The notes beneath the pieces were generated by a model. It saw only the letters and a list, made by a program, of their open reading frames with translations. It was not told the DNA's origin and ran no database searches. A stretch of DNA of 64,000 nt. Origin: Candidatus Omnitrophota bacterium (GTDB lineage Bacteria; Omnitrophota; Gorgyraeia; Zapsychrales; Fredricksoniimonadaceae). The translations under genes were made by a program, and so were the position numbers. Positions within the stretch are counted from its first letter, which is position 1, and each line of letters opens with the position of its first letter. Shown in pieces: positions 37,182 through 45,743 of this stretch. The DNA lies in the NCBI GenBank assembly GCA_903908245.1, contig CAIVRE010000009.1:677-64676 (forward strand), in the 5' to 3' direction.

Positions 37182-38681
37182 CTATCCGGCATTCCCGGCC
37201 GCGGAAAGCGTTAACGACATCCTTGTCCCGGACATATAAGCCGAATCGACCTCAATACGGCCGCCATGATCTTCCTCCACGATCTTGCGGATAACATAAA
37301 GCCCGAGCCCGGTGCCTTTGCGGGCCGTCGGCTTGGTCGTAAAGAACGGCGTAAAAAGCTTTGGCCTGTCCTGATCCCTCACTCCAATACCGTTATCGGC
37401 AAAAATGATCCGCACCTTGTCATTGAACGGCTCAACGCTCACCGCAAGCTCCGGCCGGTATTGCGATCCACCGCCGGAAGCCTGGCGCAGGGCCATCGCA
37501 TCACTGGCATTATCGATCAAATTAAAGAACACTTCCTGAAGCCGGGCATAATTCCCTGTCACCTGCGGAATACGCAAAGGATCATATCGTCTGACAATGT
37601 TCATCTGTTCGGTCTTGATCTTGAACTGCGCCATTTCGCAGGCGGAATCCAGGATCTTGTCAATGTCGCACGCAGAATACCCTTCATCGCCTTTACGGGA
37701 ATATTTCATCAGGCCCTGGACGATCGCACCGCCACGGGCTACATTGTCCTGAAGCCGGGACAGGGAATGCTCAAACTCCTGCTCGATATCCCTTAACTCC
37801 GGCGAATTGAACAATTCCCGCTTGAGCGCAAGCGTGTCCTTCATCCCGCCGGCAATAAACCCCATCGCATGCAACCGGTTGTTGATCTGGTGTGAAAGCC
37901 CGTCCGCCATTACGCCGATCGTCGCCATTTTCTCGGCATTAAATAACTGCTCCTGCGACTTTTTCATGTCCTCATAAAAAAGCGCATTCTCAATGGCTGT
38001 TGCCGACTGGTTCGCCACCACCGTGAACATCGAGAGGTCATCAGCGCTAAAAGACTTGCCCGATACTTTTGGGCCAAGGACCAGAAAACCCACCAGCCTG
38101 GTCTCGATCATGCTGGGGACCCCCAGAACCCCATGAAATGCCGCAAGCTCCTTACAGATCGCCGATGAAACCCTTAAATCCGTCGCTGGATTTCCGGGTT
38201 CTGCTTTATCAAACAACACCGGCCTTTTGGTCCGTATCAATTCCCGGACAAGATCCGAATCAGCCGGTATCGCCTCAGGAAAAGAAACCCGGACTCTCCT
38301 CGATACGGCAGCCCCCAACCTGTACTCCTGACCATCCTTATCCAGGATATAAACAACACTGTGTTCCACCCGGACTACGCGGATAACGATCCGGGAAATA
38401 AGCTTCAAAAGCTTGCCGATATCCCTGACCCGGCCCATACCAGCCGAAGCCTGGATCAATGCCGCCTGATAACGCCGGCGTTCCCGGAAAAACCGGTCTG
38501 CCGCCTTCTTCTGCAAGAAAAGATACGCGAACGGCCCGACAGTCGCCAAAAAAGCCATGGCGATCAAAGGGAAAAAACGTTCCTGCGGATACCTAAGGGC
38601 AATAAAGAACGGAAGCCCAAAGACCAAAGAATAAACCGCGATCAAAGCGCCAAAATGGCTGATCAACAAACGAATGCCCAT
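37182..38681 (-). CDS. Sensor histidine kinase with TM helices and GAF domain
   Basis: H-box LSHQINNRLHAM, N-box NLIDNASDAM, G1 DNGIGV, G2 GTGLGL. Confidence 0.85.
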   Translation of the reverse strand: MGIRLLISHFGALIAVYSLVFGLPFFIALRYPQERFFPLIAMAFLATVGPFAYLFLQKKAADRFFRERRRYQAALIQASAGMGRVRDIGKLLKLISRIVIRVVRVEHSVVYILDKDGQEYRLGAAVSRRVRVSFPEAIPADSDLVRELIRTKRPVLFDKAEPGNPATDLRVSSAICKELAAFHGVLGVPSMIETRLVGFLVLGPKVSGKSFSADDLSMFTVVANQSATAIENALFYEDMKKSQEQLFNAEKMATIGVMADGLSHQINNRLHAMGFIAGGMKDTLALKRELFNSPELRDIEQEFEHSLSRLQDNVARGGAIVQGLMKYSRKGDEGYSACDIDKILDSACEMAQFKIKTEQMNIVRRYDPLRIPQVTGNYARLQEVFFNLIDNASDAMALRQASGGGSQYRPELAVSVEPFNDKVRIIFADNGIGVRDQDRPKLFTPFFTTKPTARKGTGLGLYVIRKIVEEDHGGRIEVDSAYMSGTRMSLTLSAAGNAG

Positions 38682-38682
38682 A

Positions 38683-40056
38683 TTAGAATTTATACGTCAT
38701 CGTCGCGTAAAGCAGGTTCGTCCACTGCTTGTACGTCCCGTTGTTATTGCCGCCGTTAACAGTATTATCAATATCCCGGGGCATATAATAGATCCCCGAC
38801 CAGGCAAGATCGAGAGTCAGGTCCTTGCGGATATCGTATCCAAACCCGGTCGTAATGCCGTGGCTGACAGTATCGGGAAGGTTCGGCTCCCAGTTATCCC
38901 CGGGAACAGGGCTCTGATGGTGATAGTACCCGCCGCGAACACGAAAGCGGTCGCTCACGTCATACTGGGCTCCCACTGCAGCGGAAATAACACTTTGCCA
39001 GTCACGCGCGACCGGATTGCCATTGTTAAGGACCGCCAGACGGGAAGGATCGGACTCGGACGGATACGCAAGCTCCTCCTCATTGACCACCGACCAGTTC
39101 ATCCACTCCAGGTCCGCGTTAAAAGTCCATTTGTTCGTCGGTTTAAAACTATACCCCAAGACCAAACTGTCAGGCAATGTCGCTTTGGATACCACCTCTG
39201 TCTGATAGGAAGCTCCGCCGAATATCCCCTGGTAATTACTTTCCGGGGTGCCATCGCCGTTAAGGTCCACAACATTATTTGTATTAAGGCCATCCAGATG
39301 GATCTTGCCCTTATACTTATGCTGTATAGCGCTGCGATACATCAGGCCGAATTGATTCTGATCGTTCAACTTATACAAACCGGCAATACGAAAACCGGCC
39401 GCCGTATCACTTCCTTTAAGCTTGAAATTGCCATCAAAAGCAGTGACACCGGCCGGGCCCTGCTGAAGCTTTTTCTGCTTATCAACATTCGAATCATCAA
39501 TATCAAGGCCCAACGCGAGAGAGAACTGATCATTCACTTTGTAGGCTGTCGTGATCAGATAATCCTGATTGGCGATCTCCGCCCGGGTCGTACTGTAACG
39601 CAACGAACTGGTCTGCCCCCAGTCGGTCACCAGGCCCCACGATGACATGGCCCCCAATCCCAAAGCAAAATCCTTTGTCCCCAGATCCGTTACAAAAAAA
39701 CCTTCAGGAATAAGAAAGCTGTCCCGGCCCATCTTATTCTTGATCGTCCCGGCTCCATTGACGTAATCGCTTTTAGGTTGAATGATCGAAAGCCCCAGGG
39801 AAAGATTATTCCCCTTTAACTGGGTCATACCGGCAGGATTGTAATAAACAGCCGACGGATCATTCGCTTCCCCCGTGAACGCAGACCCTTTTCCGACCGC
39901 CGCGGCATCCGGCACTTCCACCCGATACCCGCCGGAACCCGCCGCAAAGACCACAGGACAATAAAGGAATGCCAGCAAGACAGCCAAAGAAAGGAAATAA
40001 CGCTTGAACATAGACTTCTCCCCGTTAAATGAATGATTAGTCATGATCACTAACAA
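38683..40056 (-). CDS. FadL/OmpP1/TodX-family outer-membrane hydrophobic-compound transporter
   Basis: 457 aa, signal peptide, beta-strand alternation, C-terminal ...MTYKF; 1 nt from HK start. Confidence 0.65.
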   Translation of the reverse strand: MLVIMTNHSFNGEKSMFKRYFLSLAVLLAFLYCPVVFAAGSGGYRVEVPDAAAVGKGSAFTGEANDPSAVYYNPAGMTQLKGNNLSLGLSIIQPKSDYVNGAGTIKNKMGRDSFLIPEGFFVTDLGTKDFALGLGAMSSWGLVTDWGQTSSLRYSTTRAEIANQDYLITTAYKVNDQFSLALGLDIDDSNVDKQKKLQQGPAGVTAFDGNFKLKGSDTAAGFRIAGLYKLNDQNQFGLMYRSAIQHKYKGKIHLDGLNTNNVVDLNGDGTPESNYQGIFGGASYQTEVVSKATLPDSLVLGYSFKPTNKWTFNADLEWMNWSVVNEEELAYPSESDPSRLAVLNNGNPVARDWQSVISAAVGAQYDVSDRFRVRGGYYHHQSPVPGDNWEPNLPDTVSHGITTGFGYDIRKDLTLDLAWSGIYYMPRDIDNTVNGGNNNGTYKQWTNLLYATMTYKF

Positions 40057-40104
40057 TCATTCTATCGTTCTAAATAAGAGGGAAAAGACTTTTTTGATTT
40101 TTTT

Positions 40105-41028
40105 TCAAACAAGAATCGCATTGATATCGTCAGGGTTTTGACAATTCAACACATTCAAGGCAGGATCGATCTTGCGGATAAGGCCCTTAAGGACCTTCCC
40201 TGGGCCGATCTCGACCAGATCAGTGATCCCCCGGGAACTGATAAAACGAATGGTATCAACCCATTGAACAGAGGAATATATCTGTCTGGCAAGGTTCTCA
40301 CGGATCTCTTCAACGGTTTCCTGGGGGTCCCCGGTCACATTCGTGATCACTTTTACATCAGACACCTTTAGGGGAACATCCTTGAGCGCAACGGCGAACT
40401 TATCGGCCGCAGGTCTCATCAACGACGAGTGAAATGCTCCGGCGACATCCAGCGGGAATATTTTCTTGCACCCGGACGCCGTCAGGACCGCACAGGCCTT
40501 TGCCACCTTGTCGGCCTGGCCGGTGATCACGATCTGGTCCGGCGCATTAAAATTGGCCACCTCACACCCGGCCTCACGGCAAATATCCACCAGTTTGTCC
40601 TTATCAAACCCGATGACCGCCGCCATCTTGCCGGGATTCAGTCTGGCCGCTTCATCCATGAAAGCCCCGCGTTTCTGAATGAGCCGAAGAGACTCTTCAA
40701 AAGACAGCACTCCCGCCGCACACATGGCCCCGTACTCCCCAAGGCTGAGCCCGGCAGTATATTCCACGTTCACACCCGCCAACCGGCCGCTCGCCCGTAA
40801 AGCTTCCAAGGCCGCCATACTCATTGTGAAAATTGCCGGCTGACAGTTGGAAGTGACCATCAGCTTTTCTTCCGGCCCCTGAAAAATAATATCCGCGAGG
40901 TCATAGCCCAGCACGTCATTGGCCTTGTCAAAAACAGCCTTTGCCGCCGGAACATTATCATAGAACTCCTTGCCCATCCCGACCTTCTGCGCGCCCTGGC
41001 CAGGAAAGATCAACGCGATATTCTTCAC
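40105..41028 (-). CDS. fabD: Malonyl-CoA:ACP transacylase (start at GTG 41026-41028; the ATG-initiated ORF to 41184 would overlap fabH)
   Basis: IFPGQGAQ, GLSLGEYGAMCAAG active-site Ser motif, and GAFHS. Confidence 0.9.
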   Translation of the reverse strand: MKNIALIFPGQGAQKVGMGKEFYDNVPAAKAVFDKANDVLGYDLADIIFQGPEEKLMVTSNCQPAIFTMSMAALEALRASGRLAGVNVEYTAGLSLGEYGAMCAAGVLSFEESLRLIQKRGAFMDEAARLNPGKMAAVIGFDKDKLVDICREAGCEVANFNAPDQIVITGQADKVAKACAVLTASGCKKIFPLDVAGAFHSSLMRPAADKFAVALKDVPLKVSDVKVITNVTGDPQETVEEIRENLARQIYSSVQWVDTIRFISSRGITDLVEIGPGKVLKGLIRKIDPALNVLNCQNPDDINAILV

Positions 41029-41029
41029 T

Positions 41030-42013
41030 TTAATAGCTCCATTCAATAATATTCGCCGCAGCCACAAGGCCTGCACCGAACACGACAAGAGCGACGTTAT
41101 CACCCTTCCTGATACGGCCGGATTCAACAGCTTCACAAAGAGCGACCACCACTGACGCGGCGGAAATATTGCCGTATTTATCAATATTGATAAAGAACCT
41201 TTCCTTATCTATGCCCGCCCGTTTGGCAACACTGGCAATGATACGGTCATTGGCCTGATGAGGGACAACACACTTGATATCGTCAAGCAAAAGCCCCGCC
41301 CTCTGCGCCGCAATACCCACAGCCTCAGCCATGCCAGGGACCGCATGCTTGAACAGTTCCTGCCCGTTCATGACAACAAAAGGAAGCTTGGAAGAATCCA
41401 ACGCCTGATCGAACGGTGTCCGCGTCTTGTCCGAAATAACACCCATCAAAGAAGCCCCGTCACCGTCGGATATCATATATTCAGACAGGATCCCGCCTTG
41501 GGCAACTTTTCCCAACACCGCCGCACCGGCCCCATCCCCGAAAAGCACGCAGGTATTCCGGTCTTTCCAGTCGATAATGCTCGTAAAACGGTCGGCCGCA
41601 ATGACCAGTGCGTTCTTGGCCTGTCCAGTGGCGATGAACTGCTTGGCAGTGGTCAACGCGTAAAGGAAGCCGGAACACGCGGCGCTGATGTCATAGGCAA
41701 AAGCCTTCTTCGCGCCAATGGCTTTCTGCACCAGGCAAGCAACGGACGGAAAATTACTGTCGGGCGTGACAGTGGCCACAAAGATCGCTTCAATATCTTC
41801 GGCTTTGACAGGTGAATTCCTGAGCGCATCCAGGGCGGCCGCGACCGCAAGGTCGCTCGTCTTCTCGCCTTCAGCGGCGATCCGGCGCTCCCGGATCCCG
41901 GTCCGCGAGATGATCCACTCGTCTGTGGTTTCCACCAGTTTCTCGATATCCTGATTCGTGAGCGTCCTGAGCGGAAGATAACGGCCCAGCGCAATGATTC
42001 CGACTTTATTCAT
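41030..42013 (-). CDS. fabH: 3-oxoacyl-ACP synthase III
   Basis: 327 aa; AACSGFLYAL active-site Cys, HQANDRI, and GAG motifs. Confidence 0.9.
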   Translation of the reverse strand: MNKVGIIALGRYLPLRTLTNQDIEKLVETTDEWIISRTGIRERRIAAEGEKTSDLAVAAALDALRNSPVKAEDIEAIFVATVTPDSNFPSVACLVQKAIGAKKAFAYDISAACSGFLYALTTAKQFIATGQAKNALVIAADRFTSIIDWKDRNTCVLFGDGAGAAVLGKVAQGGILSEYMISDGDGASLMGVISDKTRTPFDQALDSSKLPFVVMNGQELFKHAVPGMAEAVGIAAQRAGLLLDDIKCVVPHQANDRIIASVAKRAGIDKERFFINIDKYGNISAASVVVALCEAVESGRIRKGDNVALVVFGAGLVAAANIIEWSY

Positions 42014-42993
42014 TTGAGGGATGCCTTGATCTGGTCGAGGATATTATGGTCCACCTCGCGCATGGTCGCGCGGATAGCATTCTTGATCGCTTTCGGGGAT
42101 GAGCGCCCGTGACATTTCATCACGATACCATTCACGCCCAGCAAAGGGGCCCCGCCGTATTCTGAATAATCAACATTCTTCTTAAGGGTCTTCAAAGACC
42201 CCTTCATCAGCAAAGCGCCAAGCATGGCCAGAGGATTTCTCTTGATCTCCCGCTTGAGCACGATACCCGCAGACTCCATCAATCCTTCAGACAATTTAAT
42301 GATCACATTACCAACAAATCCGGAACAGATGATACAATCGGCTTTATTGGAAAAGATCTTGTTCGGCTCGATATTCCCGAGGAATCCGGGGACTTTTGCT
42401 TTCAGCAGATCGTAAGACTGTTTGTCAAAACCCGACCCCTTGCCCTCTTCCTCGCCAATATTGACCAGCCCGACCGTCGGATCCTCAATCCCCATCACAA
42501 TGCGCATATAAGCCCGCGCCATAAGGCCATACTGGCAAAGATGCTCAGGCTTCGGTTCGGAATTCGCGCCGACATCGATCAAAAAAGCCATCCCGTTGAC
42601 CTGGGGGATCACAAGGCCTATCCCGGGACGGTCAACCCCCTCGATCATCCGAAGATAGAAAGTGGATGCGGCGACCAGCGCCCCGGTATTCCCGGCAGAA
42701 ACAAAAGCGTCATAGCCTCCGCTCTTGAGAAGATTAACCCCGACGGCAATGGAACAGTCCTTCTTGCGACGGATAACATCGAGCGGATTATCATCCATGT
42801 CCACTACTTCGGAAGCGTGAACGACCTCAACCCTGTCCTTAGGATAAGAATACTTGGCAAGCTCCGCCCTGACCCTGTCTTCAATACCAACCAGGGTTAT
42901 CGAGATAGAAAGCTCTTTGACAGCGTCAACGACACCAGCCACGATATTGGCCGGAGCATGATCACCGCCCATGGCGTCAACAACGATCTTCAT
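42010..42993 (-). CDS. plsX: Phosphate acyltransferase PlsX
   Basis: MKIVVDAMGGDHAP N-terminus, classic PlsX. Confidence 0.9.
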   Translation of the reverse strand: MKIVVDAMGGDHAPANIVAGVVDAVKELSISITLVGIEDRVRAELAKYSYPKDRVEVVHASEVVDMDDNPLDVIRRKKDCSIAVGVNLLKSGGYDAFVSAGNTGALVAASTFYLRMIEGVDRPGIGLVIPQVNGMAFLIDVGANSEPKPEHLCQYGLMARAYMRIVMGIEDPTVGLVNIGEEEGKGSGFDKQSYDLLKAKVPGFLGNIEPNKIFSNKADCIICSGFVGNVIIKLSEGLMESAGIVLKREIKRNPLAMLGALLMKGSLKTLKKNVDYSEYGGAPLLGVNGIVMKCHGRSSPKAIKNAIRATMREVDHNILDQIKASLK

Positions 42994-43016
42994 GCGAAAA
43001 ATAACCTGCCGTTAAA

Positions 43017-43208
43017 TTACGCGCTCTTCTTAACCTTGGGCGCCACGACCTGCCTGCCTTTATAACAGCCGGTGATCGGACAAATACGATGAGAGATCCC
43101 CGCCTTGCTGCCTTCGCTCTTCGTGCTGGCCGTTGTGATCACCAGCTTCTGATGCGTACGGCGCCTGCGCGCGCGGGCCTTGGAATGTTGTCTTTTTGGA
43201 TTTGGCAT
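43017..43208 (-). CDS. rpmF: 50S ribosomal protein L32
   Basis: 63 aa; MPNPKRQHSKARARRRRTHQKL..C..C Zn-ribbon form. Confidence 0.85.
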   Translation of the reverse strand: MPNPKRQHSKARARRRRTHQKLVITTASTKSEGSKAGISHRICPITGCYKGRQVVAPKVKKSA

Positions 43209-43223
43209 TTCACTTACTCCCTT

Positions 43224-43634
43224 TTACAGTTTATCTTTTTCACACTTGCATTCTTCTTTGTTCAATTCCGCGCCGCAACCGGCGCAGATCCCTTTACAAT
43301 CTTTCCTGCACAAAGCATGCGACTGATGATCTATCAGTATTTCTTCGCGGATAGCCCGGCCGATATCCACATATTCATCCAGCGGCCCGAACTCAAATTC
43401 CAGCTCGTAATGCGCCATATGATCACTATGGATATTCTCCAAACAACGCGAACAGCAAATATCCCGCGAAAAGAAAACATCGAGCGTCGCGAGAATGTAA
43501 TCATCGATCCGCGTCAATACTCCCTTGACCCGCACGGGGCACTGGAATTCATCGGCAATGTCCAGGTCCTTAGGCGTTGCCTGGTCCTGATACTCCGTTC
43601 CGGAGCTTGAGACATCGCGGATCCTGACCTTCAT
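43224..43634 (-). CDS. yceD: YceD/DUF177 family protein (large-subunit rRNA accumulation)
   Basis: CSRCL...CAGCGAEL CxxC pairs; conserved position upstream of rpmF-plsX. Confidence 0.75.
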   Translation of the reverse strand: MKVRIRDVSSSGTEYQDQATPKDLDIADEFQCPVRVKGVLTRIDDYILATLDVFFSRDICCSRCLENIHSDHMAHYELEFEFGPLDEYVDIGRAIREEILIDHQSHALCRKDCKGICAGCGAELNKEECKCEKDKL

Positions 43635-44143
43635 TCTTTAAAAGAGCCCTTCATCTTTTTAACAACACATGGAGGAACAAAAGGAGACAACTTGGCACCG
43701 AATTTTGCCACTTCCTTAAGAAGCGAGGACGAAAGGAACGAAAACCCTTCCGATGGCATCAGGAACACCGTTTCAATATCTTCCGCCAGGCGGCGATTCG
43801 TTTCCGCCATCTGGAATTCATATTCAAAATCCGCGGTCATACGCAAGCCCCTCACAAGAACGCCAGCCTTCCTGCGCCGCGCAAGGTCAACGACCAGACC
43901 GTCAAACCCCTCCACCATGATCCCCTTCATCCCTTTGGTGGCCTCCCTGACCATCGCCACCCGATCCTCAAGGGAGAACATATACTTCTTGTTCGGGTTG
44001 TTGGCAACGGCCACTACAACCTTGCCGAAAATGAACGCGGCCCGCTTCATCACATCCAGATGCCCGTAAGTCACAGGGTCGAAACTGCCGGGATAGATCG
44101 CGTTGCGCGCCATATCAAATGCCTTCTTTTGCCTGCCGCTCAA
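43631..44143 (-). CDS. coaD: Phosphopantetheine adenylyltransferase
   Basis: AIYPGSFDPVTYGHLDV motif. Confidence 0.9.
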   Translation of the reverse strand: MSGRQKKAFDMARNAIYPGSFDPVTYGHLDVMKRAAFIFGKVVVAVANNPNKKYMFSLEDRVAMVREATKGMKGIMVEGFDGLVVDLARRRKAGVLVRGLRMTADFEYEFQMAETNRRLAEDIETVFLMPSEGFSFLSSSLLKEVAKFGAKLSPFVPPCVVKKMKGSFKE

Positions 44144-44702
44144 ATACCGTTAGATGCGATGACCCGTAAATTTTGTCCCTAACAAGCAGAAATCTGCCTG
44201 CTATCTCCACAACACCGTCGAGTTCAGGCAGAGTTTCGTCATTGCCATACTGTGCAACCAGGAACGAATTGGGGTGTAATATATCATGCGACATCAGCGT
44301 TTTCAAGGTTTTTCTCCCCAGTCTCATATCAAAAGGCGGGTCAAAAAAGACCACATGGAATTTACGCCCCTGACGGGCCATCTCCTTGACCGATGAAAAC
44401 ACATCTTTGACAATAAGGCTGGCCTTCTGGCCCCGTTCCCCCGGCTTAATGATCATCAGATTCTCTTCGATACACTCAACGCATTTCGAATCACGTTCAA
44501 CCATGCAAACCTCTGAAGCCCCACAAGATAAAGCTTCAAACCCCATGGCACCGCTTCCCGAAAAAAGGTCCAGGAAAGAAAGGCCGTCCAGGTCATGGCC
44601 GATGATATCAAATACCGCCTTGCGCAGAAGATTCTGCGTTGGCCTGATATGCGCAGGCATAAAAATATTACGGCCCGAATCTTTACCGTTAATGATCTTC
44701 AT
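44115..44702 (-). CDS. rsmD: 16S rRNA (guanine966-N2)-methyltransferase RsmD (start at internal MKIING; ORF extends to 44756)
   Basis: LDLFSGSGAMGFEALSCGA SAM motif; VFFDPPF. Confidence 0.85.
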   Translation of the reverse strand: MKIINGKDSGRNIFMPAHIRPTQNLLRKAVFDIIGHDLDGLSFLDLFSGSGAMGFEALSCGASEVCMVERDSKCVECIEENLMIIKPGERGQKASLIVKDVFSSVKEMARQGRKFHVVFFDPPFDMRLGRKTLKTLMSHDILHPNSFLVAQYGNDETLPELDGVVEIAGRFLLVRDKIYGSSHLTVFERQAKEGI

Positions 44703-45724
44703 GATCGACCGTTCTTTTCTGTATAAATAATGATCTTGTTCATCATATCCACACACGCGGACGGGTTCACCCCCACTGCGGTCTCCCCGGAAAGCATCAC
44801 ATAATCCGTGCCATCCAGGATGGCATTGGCCACATCCGTCACTTCCGCACGGGTCGGAAGACGTTCTTCTGTCATTCTTTCCAGCATTTGAGTCGCTGTA
44901 ATGACCGGCTTGTGCACATCATTGCATTTACGGATGATCGCTTTCTGGATCATGGGCACTTCCCAGATAGGCAGAGACACCCCCATGTCGCCACGGGCGA
45001 TCATAATACCATCGCTCACACTGAGAATAGGATCAATATTACGAACGCCTTCCCGATCTTCGATCTTAGCAATGACCTGCGGCGTGTGATCATGGGACTT
45101 AATATGAGCTTTAAGCGCAAGGATATCGGCTTTATTACGCACAAAAGACTGGGCGATAAGGTCCACCTGATGCTCCAGGCAAAACGCCAGGTTAATGCGG
45201 TCTTTTTCAGTAATGCCTTTAAAACTTAATTTGGCATCGGGGATATTCACACCCTTATGCTCTTTAATGACCCCTCCAATAACGACCCGCACCTTGAGCA
45301 TCTTCTTCTCGATCCCTTCAGCCTCAAAGGCGATCGTTCCATCATCAACATAAACCGGCTGGCCGTTCTTGATATCCTTCAAAGGGCCATCATAATCGAA
45401 CGGGATAACACTCCCGCCGATAGCCTCCTTGTCCGGCGCAAGCCAGACCCTCTGCCCTTTCCTGACCTCGACCGGCGCGTGATCCTTAAGCGTGCCGATA
45501 CGGATACGATAACCCTCAAGGTCCCCCAGGATACGGATATGCCGGTGATACTTCCTGTTCAACTGGCGGACAAGATGAATACGCTCCAGATGCTCATCGA
45601 GGCTTCCATGAGAAAAATTCAAACGCACCACATCCATACCCGCGCGCATCATTTTAAGCAGCATCGTTGAACTCGACGACGCAGGGCCTAATGTGCAAAT
45701 GATCTTTGTCTTTGGCATATTCAA
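44699..45724 (-). CDS. pyk: Pyruvate kinase, short form lacking the C-terminal regulatory domain
   Basis: KIICTLGPAS, RLNFSHG, MIARGDMGV, MLSGETA motifs; ends at 341 aa right after the A-domain. Confidence 0.8.
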   Translation of the reverse strand: MNMPKTKIICTLGPASSSSTMLLKMMRAGMDVVRLNFSHGSLDEHLERIHLVRQLNRKYHRHIRILGDLEGYRIRIGTLKDHAPVEVRKGQRVWLAPDKEAIGGSVIPFDYDGPLKDIKNGQPVYVDDGTIAFEAEGIEKKMLKVRVVIGGVIKEHKGVNIPDAKLSFKGITEKDRINLAFCLEHQVDLIAQSFVRNKADILALKAHIKSHDHTPQVIAKIEDREGVRNIDPILSVSDGIMIARGDMGVSLPIWEVPMIQKAIIRKCNDVHKPVITATQMLERMTEERLPTRAEVTDVANAILDGTDYVMLSGETAVGVNPSACVDMMNKIIIYTEKNGRS

Positions 45725-45743
45725 ACCTCTTGTATTTTTTATC

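Noticed and set aside
36283-37239. 318-aa plus-strand ORF
   Set aside because: Antisense to HD-GYP and response-regulator genes
38674-39645. 323-aa plus-strand ORF
   Set aside because: Antisense to fadL-like gene
40105-41184. Longer ATG-initiated fabD ORF (359 aa)
   Set aside because: N-terminal 52 aa overlap fabH in another frame and are non-homologous; GTG at 41026-41028 gives the canonical FabD N-terminus
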